Origin: Candidatus Methylomirabilis limnetica
GTDB lineage: Bacteria; Methylomirabilota; Methylomirabilia; Methylomirabilales; Methylomirabilaceae
Length of the DNA: 32,000 bases
NCBI RefSeq assembly: GCF_003044035.1
Contig: NZ_NVQC01000040.1
Coordinates: 1,213-33,212, forward strand
Direction: 5' to 3'
Part shown: piece by piece, positions 1 to 8,376 of the stretch
How positions within the stretch are numbered: the stretch's first letter is position 1
How the letters are laid out: every line of letters starts with the position of its first letter
Notes under the pieces: model-generated
Told to the model about the DNA's origin: nothing
What the model saw: only the letters and a program-made list of their open reading frames with translations
The model's database searches: none
Made by a program: the position numbers and the translations under genes

Positions 1-13
1 GAGAGACACGTGG

Positions 14-1084
14 ATGAGCGTGGTGGAGCAGTGGACGTTTGTGAGGGAAAAGTCAGGCGATTTACTGTCCCCAAGCGTCCAACATGCCCTGCGCGTGTTG
101 TTTCGTAACTACATGGACTCGCGGCTGGCGGTCTATAGTAAGCTGCCGGATCTGGACGCGGCCAGAGCGGAACTCGCCCGGTCCGAGGAGCTGCGACATA
201 AGATTTGGAGCCGGGCGGTGGCCGTCGCGCTCATTGGCGCGCTGGCTCTCGGAACGACCGTGGCCCATGCCGCTGACTTCTCGACTTCGCTTGGGGCGGA
301 CGCGCTGCCGACGCAGCCGGCATTGACCGCTGAGCGGGCCAGGGGCGTCCCCACGGGCGAAGAAGTGAACACGGGGCAGGATCCCACCCGGCCCGTCACC
401 CGAGTGGACGTGCGGTTCAAGTACCATGAGTCTGACCATAGGGCAGTGGACGGCGATTCGGTGCAGGTTCTGACCCTGCGGGCCGACTGGATGGTGCCGC
501 TTGGGGGCGGCTGGGTGCTGGGCCTGCGCGGCGATCTGCCTCTGTCGTGGGACGACACGCCGAGCCTCGACAACCCGCGGGGCGTGCGGCAGTTCGGACT
601 GTCGGACACCCTACTCCAGGGCTTCTTGATCACGCCGACGGCCGGCAAGTGGACCGCCGCCCTCGGCACCCAGGTGATCTTCCCCACGGCCCCCAAGGCC
701 CAGATGGGCACGGGCAAGTTCCAGCTCGTTCCTTCGGCGGCCGTCAAGTACGATTTGGGTGGCTGGATTCCGAGGGCCTGGACGGCGCTCATCGTACGCC
801 ACGCCGTGGACGTGGGGCAGGCACAGGCCAGCCGTCCCTCCATCAACCAGACCATCGTGCAGCCGTTCCTGAATTTTGATTTGCCGTGCGAGTGGTTCTT
901 GACCTTCTCACCCGAAATGCGGTACGACTGGCAGAGCGCTGACTGGCACATCCCGTTCAACGTGGAGGTGGGCACGATGGTGACCCGGCGGATCGTCATG
1001 TCCGTCGAATACAATGTGGCCATCGAGAAGAATCTGCCCTTGTATAAGCAGGCAGTGGAGTTCAGGGTAGGATACTTCTTTTGA
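14..1084 (+). CDS. Putative outer-membrane beta-barrel protein; best guess is the transporter / MetA-pathway phenol-degradation-like OMP family
   Basis: 356-aa ORF. A Sec-type signal (AVAVALIGALALGTTVAHA|ADF) lies at residues ~68-86, not at the N-terminus. The C-terminus VEFRVGYFF ends in aromatic F, typical of BAM-dependent OMPs. The frame is open to the window edge, so the true start is uncertain: ATG 113, CTG 191, or GTG 218 with GGAG 7 nt upstream. Confidence 0.55.
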   Translation: MSVVEQWTFVREKSGDLLSPSVQHALRVLFRNYMDSRLAVYSKLPDLDAARAELARSEELRHKIWSRAVAVALIGALALGTTVAHAADFSTSLGADALPTQPALTAERARGVPTGEEVNTGQDPTRPVTRVDVRFKYHESDHRAVDGDSVQVLTLRADWMVPLGGGWVLGLRGDLPLSWDDTPSLDNPRGVRQFGLSDTLLQGFLITPTAGKWTAALGTQVIFPTAPKAQMGTGKFQLVPSAAVKYDLGGWIPRAWTALIVRHAVDVGQAQASRPSINQTIVQPFLNFDLPCEWFLTFSPEMRYDWQSADWHIPFNVEVGTMVTRRIVMSVEYNVAIEKNLPLYKQAVEFRVGYFF

Positions 1085-1539
1085 CAGGCTGCCGAAAAAG
1101 GCCCCCATCGTTCGCCGCCTTGCATTTGGAACTTCCTGCCCCCTCCGGCGGGTTTGAGCAGCCTATGGGCCCAGACGCGTTTTTAGGCATCTTGTTGAGG
1201 CTGCGAGCCCGCAGGGGGCCGCTCGCAATGGAAGTACTGCCACGCGCTTCCCGGAGGCCGTGGGGCGTCTGTACGATCTCGGCGTCCGTGAGCAGCGCCT
1301 GACTCGGTGCCGGCGTGCGCGGCGGCGAAGCGAGGCTGGGTGGAGTAGGACAGGGGCCGGCAAGGCAGAGGAGACAGGGCAAAAGGATTTTTTGGCTGGA
1401 ATCGGGAAGGTGATTAGGGGGACCTGCGCGATCGCCGTGTTGAGGCGCACCTCTTCGAGCGCTGCTTCCTGGCCCGGACGGCCAGAAAAACACGGGTCAT
1501 AAAGAAATTGATTTCTTTACGGGCTTCTTGAAGAACTTC

Positions 1540-1920
1540 CTATTCAATTTTTTTAAACTTCTGCAGCTCATGTTCATCGTCTATCTCAGAAACCGGCCTG
1601 AGAAGACAAATCTTCTCGTTTACTTCAATGGCCTCTTGATACAGTTGCGCAAACTTTCTATAGTTTGCAACCTCCTTTTCGGTCTTCTCCAGTTCCGGCC
1701 CCATCCGAAGATTTTGAGCCCGACTCACCCCCTTTTGGGTCGTATTCCAAAGATACTGGGGCCCGTGTCCCGGGTGATCCGGTTGGAAGCAGGCGCAGTT
1801 CTTTTTCCCGCACCTGCGAAAGTTGACCGAAATCATCCCAGGACGAAAGTCGCCGACAGCCGACATCTGCAGGTAGATCTTGTCGCGGCGCTCTTCCAGT
1901 TGTTCAAGTGGTGTTGCCAT
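1540..1920 (-). CDS. Small conserved Cys-motif protein (resembles the DUF6788 family from memory); copy A of a repeated gene
   Basis: 126-aa ORF starting MATPLEQLEERR and containing RRCGKKNCACFQPDHPGHGP. AAGGAGG lies 5 nt upstream of the ATG. A second copy starts at 31966 on the + strand (MTTPLEQLEERR...) with a ~90% identical leader, which supports this strand over the antisense ORF 1528..1998. Confidence 0.75.
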   Translation of the reverse strand: MATPLEQLEERRDKIYLQMSAVGDFRPGMISVNFRRCGKKNCACFQPDHPGHGPQYLWNTTQKGVSRAQNLRMGPELEKTEKEVANYRKFAQLYQEAIEVNEKICLLRPVSEIDDEHELQKFKKIE

Positions 1921-1931
1921 AAGGCCTCCTT

Positions 1932-1986
1932 ATCTGATTGCTATGATAACAATCAGATTAGGAGGCCAAATAAAAGGGAAAGTCAA
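1932..1986 (-). promoter_or_regulatory. Leader of copy A: -35-like TTGACT and a 9-bp perfect inverted repeat between promoter and SD
   Basis: On the minus strand TTGACT is at + coordinates 1986-1981, followed by a degenerate -10 (CCTAAT or TAATCT). ATCTGATTG (1932-1940) and CAATCAGAT (1950-1958) are separated by a 9-nt spacer. The same palindrome with the same spacing is conserved in copy B. Confidence 0.5.
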
Positions 1987-2037
1987 GTTTACCGATAAAT
2001 TTGTCTTACACCCTTCAGCATGAAACTGAGAGATCAC

Positions 2038-2274
2038 TCAGACCATGGGTGGGTTCCCTGCCTCCAGGTCCTGGGGCATCGAGGTCTTGACGTTGTAACC
2101 ATAGGAGAAAGTGGCATATCGTTCCCAGACCTCTCCGAAGGTCAGGGTAATCCCCGGATCGCTTCCCTCTTATGGCAGGCCCTTCAAAAGCTTGTCCATC
2201 TCCTTGGCTGAGAAGGTCCGAAGAGTCTCAGTCCTGACATTCCTCAATGTCCCTTGGTGCGTCTGACTTATCAT
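2038..2274 (-). pseudogene. Short reading frame interrupted by one in-frame TAA; possible gene remnant
   Basis: Hand translation of the minus strand gives MISQTHQGTLRNVRTETLRTFSAKEMDKLLKGLP*EGSDPGITLTFGEVWERYATFSYGYNVKTSMPQDLEAGNPPMV*. I recognise no family. It lies in a visibly AT-richer patch next to the repeated cassette. Confidence 0.2.
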
Positions 2275-2429
2275 AGGGTGGTGAGGGCGTCAAGTTCATG
2301 CCCTCTCGCATATTTGGCCTTGAAGAACATGGCAAAACGTATAAGATGCTAAGGGAGTGGAATATTGGGAGGTCTTATGGCGGCACGTGGGGGTGGCAGT
2401 GCTCATTGGGCATAGCACAGGAGGTTGCC

Positions 2430-2861
2430 GTGGCAGACGAGAAACCAATTGTCGGACGCACGAAACATGGGGAGTTGACGCTTGACCAGATTGCCGAACT
2501 GCAACCTGGGTTAGGTCAGTTGATGCCGCTCATGAGCGAACGCTACTGGATTTGCTACTATGCCGCTAAAGGCGGTAATTGGGCGCTGGCCGCATACCAG
2601 CTCAATGGTCTGCGAAGCCTGTTCAAGAAGTCCAACACCACGCGGCCGAAGTACAAAGGGATGCTTGAGCGTTATGCCAAGGCAATCTTCGACCCGCTTG
2701 CGCAGTCCATAGAAGCCAAGAACTTCACCGAGTTCGAAGGGTGCTACCTGCAGGGTATTGAGCTGGCCAACGAGATGCACGTGACCACCCATCACCCTGA
2801 GATTATCTGGAAGCTCCCGTCCACTCCTCCGCAGCATCTGGAGATGGGGCCTTGTGTGTAG
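2430..2861 (+). CDS. Hypothetical protein, helical, no family recognised
   Basis: The ORF track gives 2298..2861. An internal GTG at 2430 has AGGAGG (2419-2424) 5 nt upstream and yields MADEKPIVGRTKHGELTLDQIAELQPG... The upstream 44 codons look non-genic. A palindromic hairpin follows at 2923-2943. Confidence 0.5.
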   Translation: MADEKPIVGRTKHGELTLDQIAELQPGLGQLMPLMSERYWICYYAAKGGNWALAAYQLNGLRSLFKKSNTTRPKYKGMLERYAKAIFDPLAQSIEAKNFTEFEGCYLQGIELANEMHVTTHHPEIIWKLPSTPPQHLEMGPCV

Positions 2862-2922
2862 CGCGGTGTTCCACAAGTCTTTCGACATATTCGATAGCTC
2901 AAGGCCATAAAATCCCCCCTAA

Positions 2923-2943
2923 CCCCCCTTTTGAAAAGGGGGG
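2923..2943 (+). terminator. Palindromic hairpin CCCCCCTTTT-G-AAAAGGGGGG
   Basis: Perfect 10-nt arms, read directly. It sits between the hypothetical gene and the M23 peptidase gene. There is no downstream U-tract, so terminator function is uncertain. Confidence 0.35.
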
Positions 2944-2961
2944 AAGTCGAACAGGATACTC

Positions 2962-3843
2962 ATGAAACGGTTGACCGCTCTTGCCGTAGTCCTGCTTGTT
3001 TGCATGACCCTCGATTCGGTGGCTCAAGCGGAGCCCATGGATGCGCTGACGCTCCGTCAAGGAGACGTGAGGATAGTGAAGCTTGCCGACGACGCGAAGG
3101 TTTCAGACCTTCAGGGTGTCATAGACACGGGCGGCGTGCCCTCCGCCATCCCGATGTTCAGCAAGGGGGGTGCGCTGTACGGAATTGTCGCGGTGGACTT
3201 GTACCAGCAACCCGGTGAATACCAGATGACGGTGTATGAGGCGGCAACCAAACGAGCGTTATCCGCGAAAGCACTCATCGTGAAACAAGGGGAATTCGAG
3301 AAGAGCATCAGCCCGAGCTGGAATGCACACGTCTTTACCAAACCTGAGCTAGAAAGGATCGCCAGCGAGAAACAGGCAATGGCTGAGGCCCTTCGTACCT
3401 CCTCGTCTCAGCCCCTTTGGCAGGATGGGACGATCTATCCGATTGAAAAAACCGATCATACCGGATTGATCACAACCCCCTTTGGCCAGATCCGGATGAA
3501 TCCAGCCCAAGACTGGTTTCGGTTTCACCGGGGAACCGATTTTCAGGCCCCCAAGGGCTTTCCGATACGAGCGATTGCCACCGGGAAGGTCGCGCACCTC
3601 GGCCATGATTATCTGTTGGAAGGCAATATCACGGTGATCGATCATGGCCTGGGGATCTTTTCTTCGTACCTGCATCAGTCGTCGTTTCTCGTGAAGATTG
3701 GGGATGAGGTCAAGAAAGGAGACGTCATCGGACGAGTCGGGAGCACCGGGAACAGTAACGCGCCCCACTTGCACCTTGCGCTCAAGATCGGCGGGGCAGT
3801 GGTCGATCCACTACAGTTTATTGAAGCGCTGCGAGGGCTATGA
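2962..3843 (+). CDS. M23 family (LytM-type) metallopeptidase, secreted
   Basis: Signal peptide MKRLTALAVVLLVCMTLDSVAQA. M23 motifs are present: HRGTDFQAP, GNITVIDHG, GSTGNSNAPHLHLAL. Confidence 0.9.
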   Translation: MKRLTALAVVLLVCMTLDSVAQAEPMDALTLRQGDVRIVKLADDAKVSDLQGVIDTGGVPSAIPMFSKGGALYGIVAVDLYQQPGEYQMTVYEAATKRALSAKALIVKQGEFEKSISPSWNAHVFTKPELERIASEKQAMAEALRTSSSQPLWQDGTIYPIEKTDHTGLITTPFGQIRMNPAQDWFRFHRGTDFQAPKGFPIRAIATGKVAHLGHDYLLEGNITVIDHGLGIFSSYLHQSSFLVKIGDEVKKGDVIGRVGSTGNSNAPHLHLALKIGGAVVDPLQFIEALRGL

Positions 3844-4280
3844 CCGCGATTATTCTCCCCGTCAAAGCTCTCCAGCACGAAATAGGCGCTGGAGGCGGGA
3901 AAAATCGATACATCCTTAATCGATTCTGTGTAAAAAGTTCCTACCTCCTCCTCACAGGTTCATGGACTACCTTACTGCCCCCAGGGTTCTAACCAGCGAC
4001 AGTGCTTCTACAGTACCCGACAACCGACCCGGGAGCCCGAAGAGTGGAGACCGTCTAAGAAAGCGTGTGCTGTCACTGTTTGGGCCTCTCTTGTCGCCGT
4101 TCGCCTGGACTGACCAGTCCATCAAATCCTTTTCCTCGCCTCTAAGTTTCGACAATTACGGGGACGGCGTGAGGCTGATCTGGGGGGGCCGCCGATTGGC
4201 AATGAACTTGCACGTAGTTTGCTGCGAACGGCTGTCCGAGTGGTTCGTTCCCTTTAACCTCTACCTGGAGGAGTGAAGCT

Positions 4281-4922
4281 ATGCGAGTGTTGCGAAGAGG
4301 GCTTCTAGCCACCACCATTTGTCTTGCTGTATCAGTCTTTCTGTCGGCTGGTGTGAGCCATGCCAAGAAAGGCGGTTCGAAAATCAAGGTAGAGGTTGAA
4401 GCAGAGCTAGAGCCTTGCGGCGCAGTCGCTGCAGCTACCTCTCCGTGTGCCCCGAGCGGCACGCCGCCTGAGTCCGACGCCGAAGGGAAGGCGGAGCACA
4501 AGAAAGAGACCCATAAGGGGGTAATCAAGAAGGATGAGTTTAAAGGAAAGGTCAAGATTCCGGTCGATCCTGCATCTGCTTTGGGGATCGTGGACGAGGA
4601 TGCGGCGGAGGGGGCTGACATCCGCCTGATCTTGAGCCACGCTGATGGTCCCGGTTCCTTCACCGACTTCGCCGAGTGCCGTCTTGCCTTCGATGAGATC
4701 GAGGAAGAGGATGACGATGATGAGGTCCAGGCAGAGTACAAGGTGGATGTTCGGATAAAGAAAGGGGCTGTGCAAGCGAAGAAGGGTGTGTGCCACATAA
4801 ATCTGGCAACTACCGCCGAGTTGGGTGTTCCTGATGCCCGGGCTGGCGATCTGGTAACAGCCACGCTTATTACAGGCGGCACTCGAACTGATTTCCTGCA
4901 GGGCACTTTCGATCTGGATTGA
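4281..4922 (+). CDS. Secreted hypothetical protein with an acidic EEEDDDDE tract
   Basis: GGAGGAG lies 7 nt upstream of the ATG. N-terminal signal peptide LLATTICLAVSVFLSAGVSHA. A strong hairpin follows the stop. The longer antisense ORF 4142..4978 is Ser-rich and low-complexity, so it is judged spurious. Confidence 0.55.
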   Translation: MRVLRRGLLATTICLAVSVFLSAGVSHAKKGGSKIKVEVEAELEPCGAVAAATSPCAPSGTPPESDAEGKAEHKKETHKGVIKKDEFKGKVKIPVDPASALGIVDEDAAEGADIRLILSHADGPGSFTDFAECRLAFDEIEEEDDDDEVQAEYKVDVRIKKGAVQAKKGVCHINLATTAELGVPDARAGDLVTATLITGGTRTDFLQGTFDLD

Positions 4923-4959
4923 ACATCCGATTCTCTGAAGCTCCCACTACTAGGCGTGG

Positions 4960-4991
4960 CAAGGGGGTCGGGTAACAAACCGGCCCCCTTG
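4960..4991 (+). terminator. Intrinsic terminator-like hairpin
   Basis: CAAGGGGGTCGG-gtaacaaa-CCGGCCCCCTTG forms a 12-bp stem with one G-U pair, followed by TGCCTTTTCC. Confidence 0.6.
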
Positions 4992-5071
4992 TGCCTTTTC
5001 CAGACCTCAATTCCTCTTTACAATCTTCGAGTTATTGTGTTATTTTCGCTTCGTGGCAAGGAGGCGAGGCT

Positions 5072-5821
5072 ATGTCTGGACATTCTAAGTGGTCGGGCAT
5101 CAAACACAAGAAGGCTAAGATAGATGCCATTCGCGGCCGTGCGTTTACCAAGCTGATCAGGGAGGTCACGGTGGCCGCCAGGGTGGGTGGCGGCGACCCG
5201 ATCGGGAATCCTCGTCTTCGATTGGCGATCGAGAGGGCCAAGGCTGTCAATATGCCCCAGGACAACATCCAGCGAGCCATCATGAAGGGTACGGGTGAGC
5301 TCCCCGGTGTATCCTACGAGGAGTATGTCTACGAAGGGTACGGGCCGGGAGGCGTCGCCGTCCTGCTTGAGGTGTTGACCGACAACAAAAATAGGACCGC
5401 CCCGGAGTTCCGCAAGGCATTTTCCAAGTACGGGGGAAACCTGGGTGAATCAGGATGCGTCGCGTGGCTGTTTGAAAAAAAGGGGCTGATTCAAGTGGAA
5501 GCGGCCACGGTTGATGAGGATCGGCTGCTTAGCGTTGCGCTGGAGGCAGGCGCCGAGGATGTTCTCCGGTCAGACGATACCTTCGAGATTATCACCGCGC
5601 CCAAAGACCTCGATCGGGTCAAAGAGTCTCTGGCGAAGGAAAAGATCGAGATCGCCGATGGAGAAGTGACTATGCTTCCGCAGACCACCGTCAAGCTGGA
5701 AGGGAAGCAGGCGCAGCACATGCTACAGTTGATGGAGGCGCTTGAAGATCACGACGATGTCCAGAATGTGTACGCGAACTTCGATATCCCCGAAGAGATC
5801 ATGGCGGCAGTGACCGGCTAG
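5072..5821 (+). CDS. yebC: YebC/PmpR family DNA-binding transcriptional regulator
   Basis: [22 protein letters not shown]... is the canonical YebC N-terminus. The ATG at 5072 is preceded by GGAGG. The ORF-track start at 4991 adds 27 implausible residues. Synteny with ruvC supports the call. Confidence 0.92.
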   Translation: MSGHSKWSGIKHKKAKIDAIRGRAFTKLIREVTVAARVGGGDPIGNPRLRLAIERAKAVNMPQDNIQRAIMKGTGELPGVSYEEYVYEGYGPGGVAVLLEVLTDNKNRTAPEFRKAFSKYGGNLGESGCVAWLFEKKGLIQVEAATVDEDRLLSVALEAGAEDVLRSDDTFEIITAPKDLDRVKESLAKEKIEIADGEVTMLPQTTVKLEGKQAQHMLQLMEALEDHDDVQNVYANFDIPEEIMAAVTG

Positions 5822-5878
5822 GCCTGTGGTGAGCTCTGTCGAACCATCGGGTCGCCAGATGATCCCGATGGAACTGCT

Positions 5879-6382
5879 GTGCTGGTCTTAGGGGTTGATC
5901 CAGGGGCCAGCGCCACCGGCTACGGAATAGTGGCTCGCAGTGATGACGGTGTATTGCGAGCCGTCGATTACGGTAGCGTCCGCACCACGCCTAGAGACCC
6001 ATTCCCTGTCCGCCTGCAACAGATCTTCAGCCGCCTGACCGAGCTAATCCGTTGTTATCAGCCGGAGTGCGCAGCGATCGAAAGCCTTATCTTCGCGAAA
6101 AATGTACAAAGCGCGTTTAAGCTAGGCCAGGCGAGAGGGGTCGCCCTTCTGGCTGCCGCACAAGGTGGCCTTAGCATCGCGGAGTATACCCCGCTGCAGG
6201 TGAAAAGCGCTGTGACCGGGTATGGCGCTGCTGGTAAAGGTCAGGTCCAGCAGATGGTCGGATCGCTCCTTGGTCTTAAAGAGCCGCTGCGTTCGACCGA
6301 CGCTGCCGATGCGCTGGCCGTGGCCATTTGTCACCACCATTCGGCCCGGCTCCTGCACCTGTCGAGAGGTAGAGGACGGTGA
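5879..6382 (+). CDS. ruvC: Crossover junction endodeoxyribonuclease RuvC
   Basis: GTG start. The sequence LVLGVDPGASATGYGIV ... AIESLIF ... ADALAVAICH is the typical RuvC fold signature. It overlaps the ruvA start (GTGA). Confidence 0.92.
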   Translation: MLVLGVDPGASATGYGIVARSDDGVLRAVDYGSVRTTPRDPFPVRLQQIFSRLTELIRCYQPECAAIESLIFAKNVQSAFKLGQARGVALLAAAQGGLSIAEYTPLQVKSAVTGYGAAGKGQVQQMVGSLLGLKEPLRSTDAADALAVAICHHHSARLLHLSRGRGR

Positions 6383-7005
6383 TCGCAGCGCTCCGCGGAC
6401 TGTTGACATCCAAGGATCCAGGGCATATCGTTATCGATGTAAACGGGGTCGGTTACCAGGTCTTTATCCCCCTTTCGACGTTCTATCAGCTCCCGGAGAT
6501 CCAACAGGAGGTACGCCTTCGCATCTACACGCATGTCCGCGAGGATGCCATCCAGCTTTACGGGTTTCATGCTCTCGAGGAAAAGATGATGTTCGAGTTG
6601 CTGACGGGAGTCTCCGGGATCGGGCCTCGCCTCGCATCCAACATCCTGTCAGGAATCTCGGTAGAAGAGTTTATCCCGGCCATTCTAGAGGGCGATATCG
6701 CAAGGCTCAAGGCGATTCCAGGGGTGGGTCGGAAAACGGCCGAGCGGATCATCTTGGAACTGAAGGATAAGGTCCTGGAGGTTCCTTGTGCGAGTCGAGC
6801 CGTGGTTGGCCACCAGCCGAGCCCGGAACGAGATCGCACGATCGAAGATGTCGTCTCTGCGCTGCTGAACTTAGGCTGCAGCCGCAAAGAAGCCTCGGCG
6901 GCGGCAGAGGCAGCGCATCAGGCCGTCGGCGATGAGGCGGACTTTGAACAGTTCGTCAAGCATGCGCTGAAAACCCTCTCCGAGAGGACAGGGAAACGGT
7001 TATGA
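6379..7005 (+). CDS. ruvA: Holliday junction branch migration complex subunit RuvA
   Basis: MIAALRGLL...[14 protein letters not shown], then HhH motifs [13 protein letters not shown] and [12 protein letters not shown]. It overlaps ruvB by 4 nt. Confidence 0.95.
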   Translation: MIAALRGLLTSKDPGHIVIDVNGVGYQVFIPLSTFYQLPEIQQEVRLRIYTHVREDAIQLYGFHALEEKMMFELLTGVSGIGPRLASNILSGISVEEFIPAILEGDIARLKAIPGVGRKTAERIILELKDKVLEVPCASRAVVGHQPSPERDRTIEDVVSALLNLGCSRKEASAAAEAAHQAVGDEADFEQFVKHALKTLSERTGKRL

Positions 7006-8057
7006 CATCGGAAAAACAGAAGAAGGAAAGCGGACCAGAACGGGTGGCGAACCGGCAGCTCCAGGACGAGGATCAGGATCTCGAGCTAAGCCTGCGCCCA
7101 AAAGCCTGGGATGACTACATTGGCCAGGAAAAGGTCAAGGCGAACCTCCAGGTCTTCGTACAGGGGGCCAAGGCGCGAAGAGAGCCTCTGGACCATCTGC
7201 TCTTCTACGGCCCGCCGGGGCTTGGCAAGACATCCCTCGCCTTTCTCATTGCCTCGGAGATGGGGGTGAGCATCCGGGTCACCTCCGGTCCAGTGATCGA
7301 ACGGCAGAAAGACCTGGCGGCAATCCTCTCCAGCCTCAGGGAACATGATGTCCTGTTCATTGACGAGATCCACCGGCTGAATCCCCTAGTCGAAGAGACC
7401 CTATACCCGGCAATGGAAGATTACCGGCTGGACCTGATCATCGGTCAGGGTCCGAGCGCACAGACCTACCGGCTGAAGCTGCCGCGTTTCACGTTGATCG
7501 GGGCTACGACTCGCGCCGGGCTTCTGTCCTCGCCTTTGCACAACCGGTTTGGTGTGGTCCAGCGCTTGGACTTTTACGATGCGACCAACCTCTTCAGGAT
7601 CGTCCTGCGGTCGGCAAAGATCCTGGGGGTATCGATCGTTGATGACGGCGCGTGGGAAATCGCGCGACGCTCCCGTGGAACGCCTCGCGTCGCCAATCGC
7701 CTGCTGCGGCGCGTCAGGGATTTCGCCCAGGTATTAGGCGATGGTATCATCACCAGTGAGGTTGCACAGGGAGCACTGGAACGGCTCGAGGTGGACACCA
7801 TCGGGTTCGACGAAATGGATCGGCGGATCCTGTACACCATCATCGAAAAGTTTGCCGGCGGGCCGGTGGGAATCGAGACGATCGCAGTCGCTGTAGGAGA
7901 GGAAAAAGAGACGATCGAGGACGTCTATGAGCCATTCTTGATCCAGCAAGGGTTTCTGGCCAGGACCCCAAGGGGCCGCACTGTCACTCCCCTTGCCTTT
8001 GATCATTTCAAGCTCCCCCGCCCGGCCGAGTCGCAGGGCGAGCTATGGCACGGGTAG
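7002..8057 (+). CDS. ruvB: Holliday junction DNA helicase RuvB
   Basis: Walker [10 protein letters not shown], Walker [10 protein letters not shown], and the [15 protein letters not shown] motif. Confidence 0.97.
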   Translation: MTSEKQKKESGPERVANRQLQDEDQDLELSLRPKAWDDYIGQEKVKANLQVFVQGAKARREPLDHLLFYGPPGLGKTSLAFLIASEMGVSIRVTSGPVIERQKDLAAILSSLREHDVLFIDEIHRLNPLVEETLYPAMEDYRLDLIIGQGPSAQTYRLKLPRFTLIGATTRAGLLSSPLHNRFGVVQRLDFYDATNLFRIVLRSAKILGVSIVDDGAWEIARRSRGTPRVANRLLRRVRDFAQVLGDGIITSEVAQGALERLEVDTIGFDEMDRRILYTIIEKFAGGPVGIETIAVAVGEEKETIEDVYEPFLIQQGFLARTPRGRTVTPLAFDHFKLPRPAESQGELWHG

Positions 8058-8060
8058 ATT

Positions 8061-8123
8061 GCGTCTATAGCGTATCTAGCGTATGACGCGACGACACAAT
8101 GGACGCAAAAGACGCAAATGCAG
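8061..8123. repeat. 9-nt tandem repeat block in two opposed orientations
   Basis: GCGTCTATA GCGTATCTA GCGTATGAC GCGACGACA CAATGGACG CAAAAGACG CAAATGCAG. The left units are roughly the reverse complement of the right units (GCGTCTAT vs ATAGACGC-like). The last unit contains the ATG at 8118. Confidence 0.7.
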
Positions 8124-8342
8124 GGGCTAGATTCACTCGCCAGGATGTTGATCCTATTCGGCCTCATTCTGGCCGTCGTAGGGGGACTCATCCTGTTCGT
8201 CGGAAAGGTCCCTTTCATTGGGAGGCTACCGGGGGATATCTACATCCAACGAAAGAACTTCTCCTTCTATTTCCCCCTTACCACCTCAATACTGTTGAGC
8301 GTCCTCCTGACCATACTCTTTTCATTGTTTCGTCGCCGGTGA
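8118..8342 (+). CDS. Small two-TM membrane protein, DUF2905-like
   Basis: LILFGLILAVVGGLILFVGKVPFIGRLPGDIYIQRKNFSFYFPLTTSILLSVLL matches my memory of DUF2905 proteins. The start could be 8118 or the ATG at 8145. Confidence 0.7.
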   Translation: MQGLDSLARMLILFGLILAVVGGLILFVGKVPFIGRLPGDIYIQRKNFSFYFPLTTSILLSVLLTILFSLFRRR

Positions 8343-8376
8343 GCGGCGCCGATGCCGCCAGGAGCTGACTCATCCC

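Larger units (their letters stand above)
1540..2019. repeat. Copy A of a repeated gene cassette (gene plus ~95-nt leader), inverted relative to copy B at 31866-32000
   Basis: The reverse complement of 1887-2013 aligns with 31874-32000 at roughly 90% identity by eye. Both begin GGGTGTAAGACAAATTTAT, preceded by GCTGAAGG. The outer boundary is unknown because copy B runs off the window. Confidence 0.8.

Noticed and set aside
133-1125. 330-aa minus-strand ORF antisense to the OMP gene
   Set aside because: It has Arg/Ser/Pro-rich low-complexity composition typical of antisense frames in GC-rich DNA. The + strand frame has a signal peptide and an OMP C-terminus.
1528-1998. 156-aa plus-strand ORF overlapping the small Cys-motif gene
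   Set aside because: The minus-strand frame has a strong SD. It is also duplicated, with the same N-terminus, at the other end of the window. The plus frame is hydrophobic and low-complexity with no start signals.
4106-4121. 7-2-7 inverted repeat TGGACTG-AC-CAGTCCA upstream of the 4281 gene
   Set aside because: It is a single short palindrome about 160 nt from the start codon with no second copy in the window. That is too weak to call an operator.
3962-4276. 104-aa ORF in the spacer between the M23 peptidase and the acidic secreted protein
   Set aside because: It has no SD (the upstream sequence is CCTCCTCC), no recognisable motifs and odd composition. It is left as non-coding, although a small gene or ncRNA in this 437-nt spacer cannot be excluded.
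4142-4978. 278-aa minus-strand ORF, longer than the plus-strand ORF it overlaps
   Set aside because: A poly-Ser run arises as the antisense of the GAG/GAT acidic tract, and there is no SD. The plus ORF has an SD, a signal peptide and a terminator.
4991-5071. N-terminal extensions of the ORF-track models for yebC (4991), nirS (19764), the 2298 ORF and the lipoprotein (28177)
   Set aside because: Internal starts have better SD spacing and give canonical N-termini or signal peptides. The extensions look non-genic, and the yebC extension overlaps the upstream terminator hairpin.
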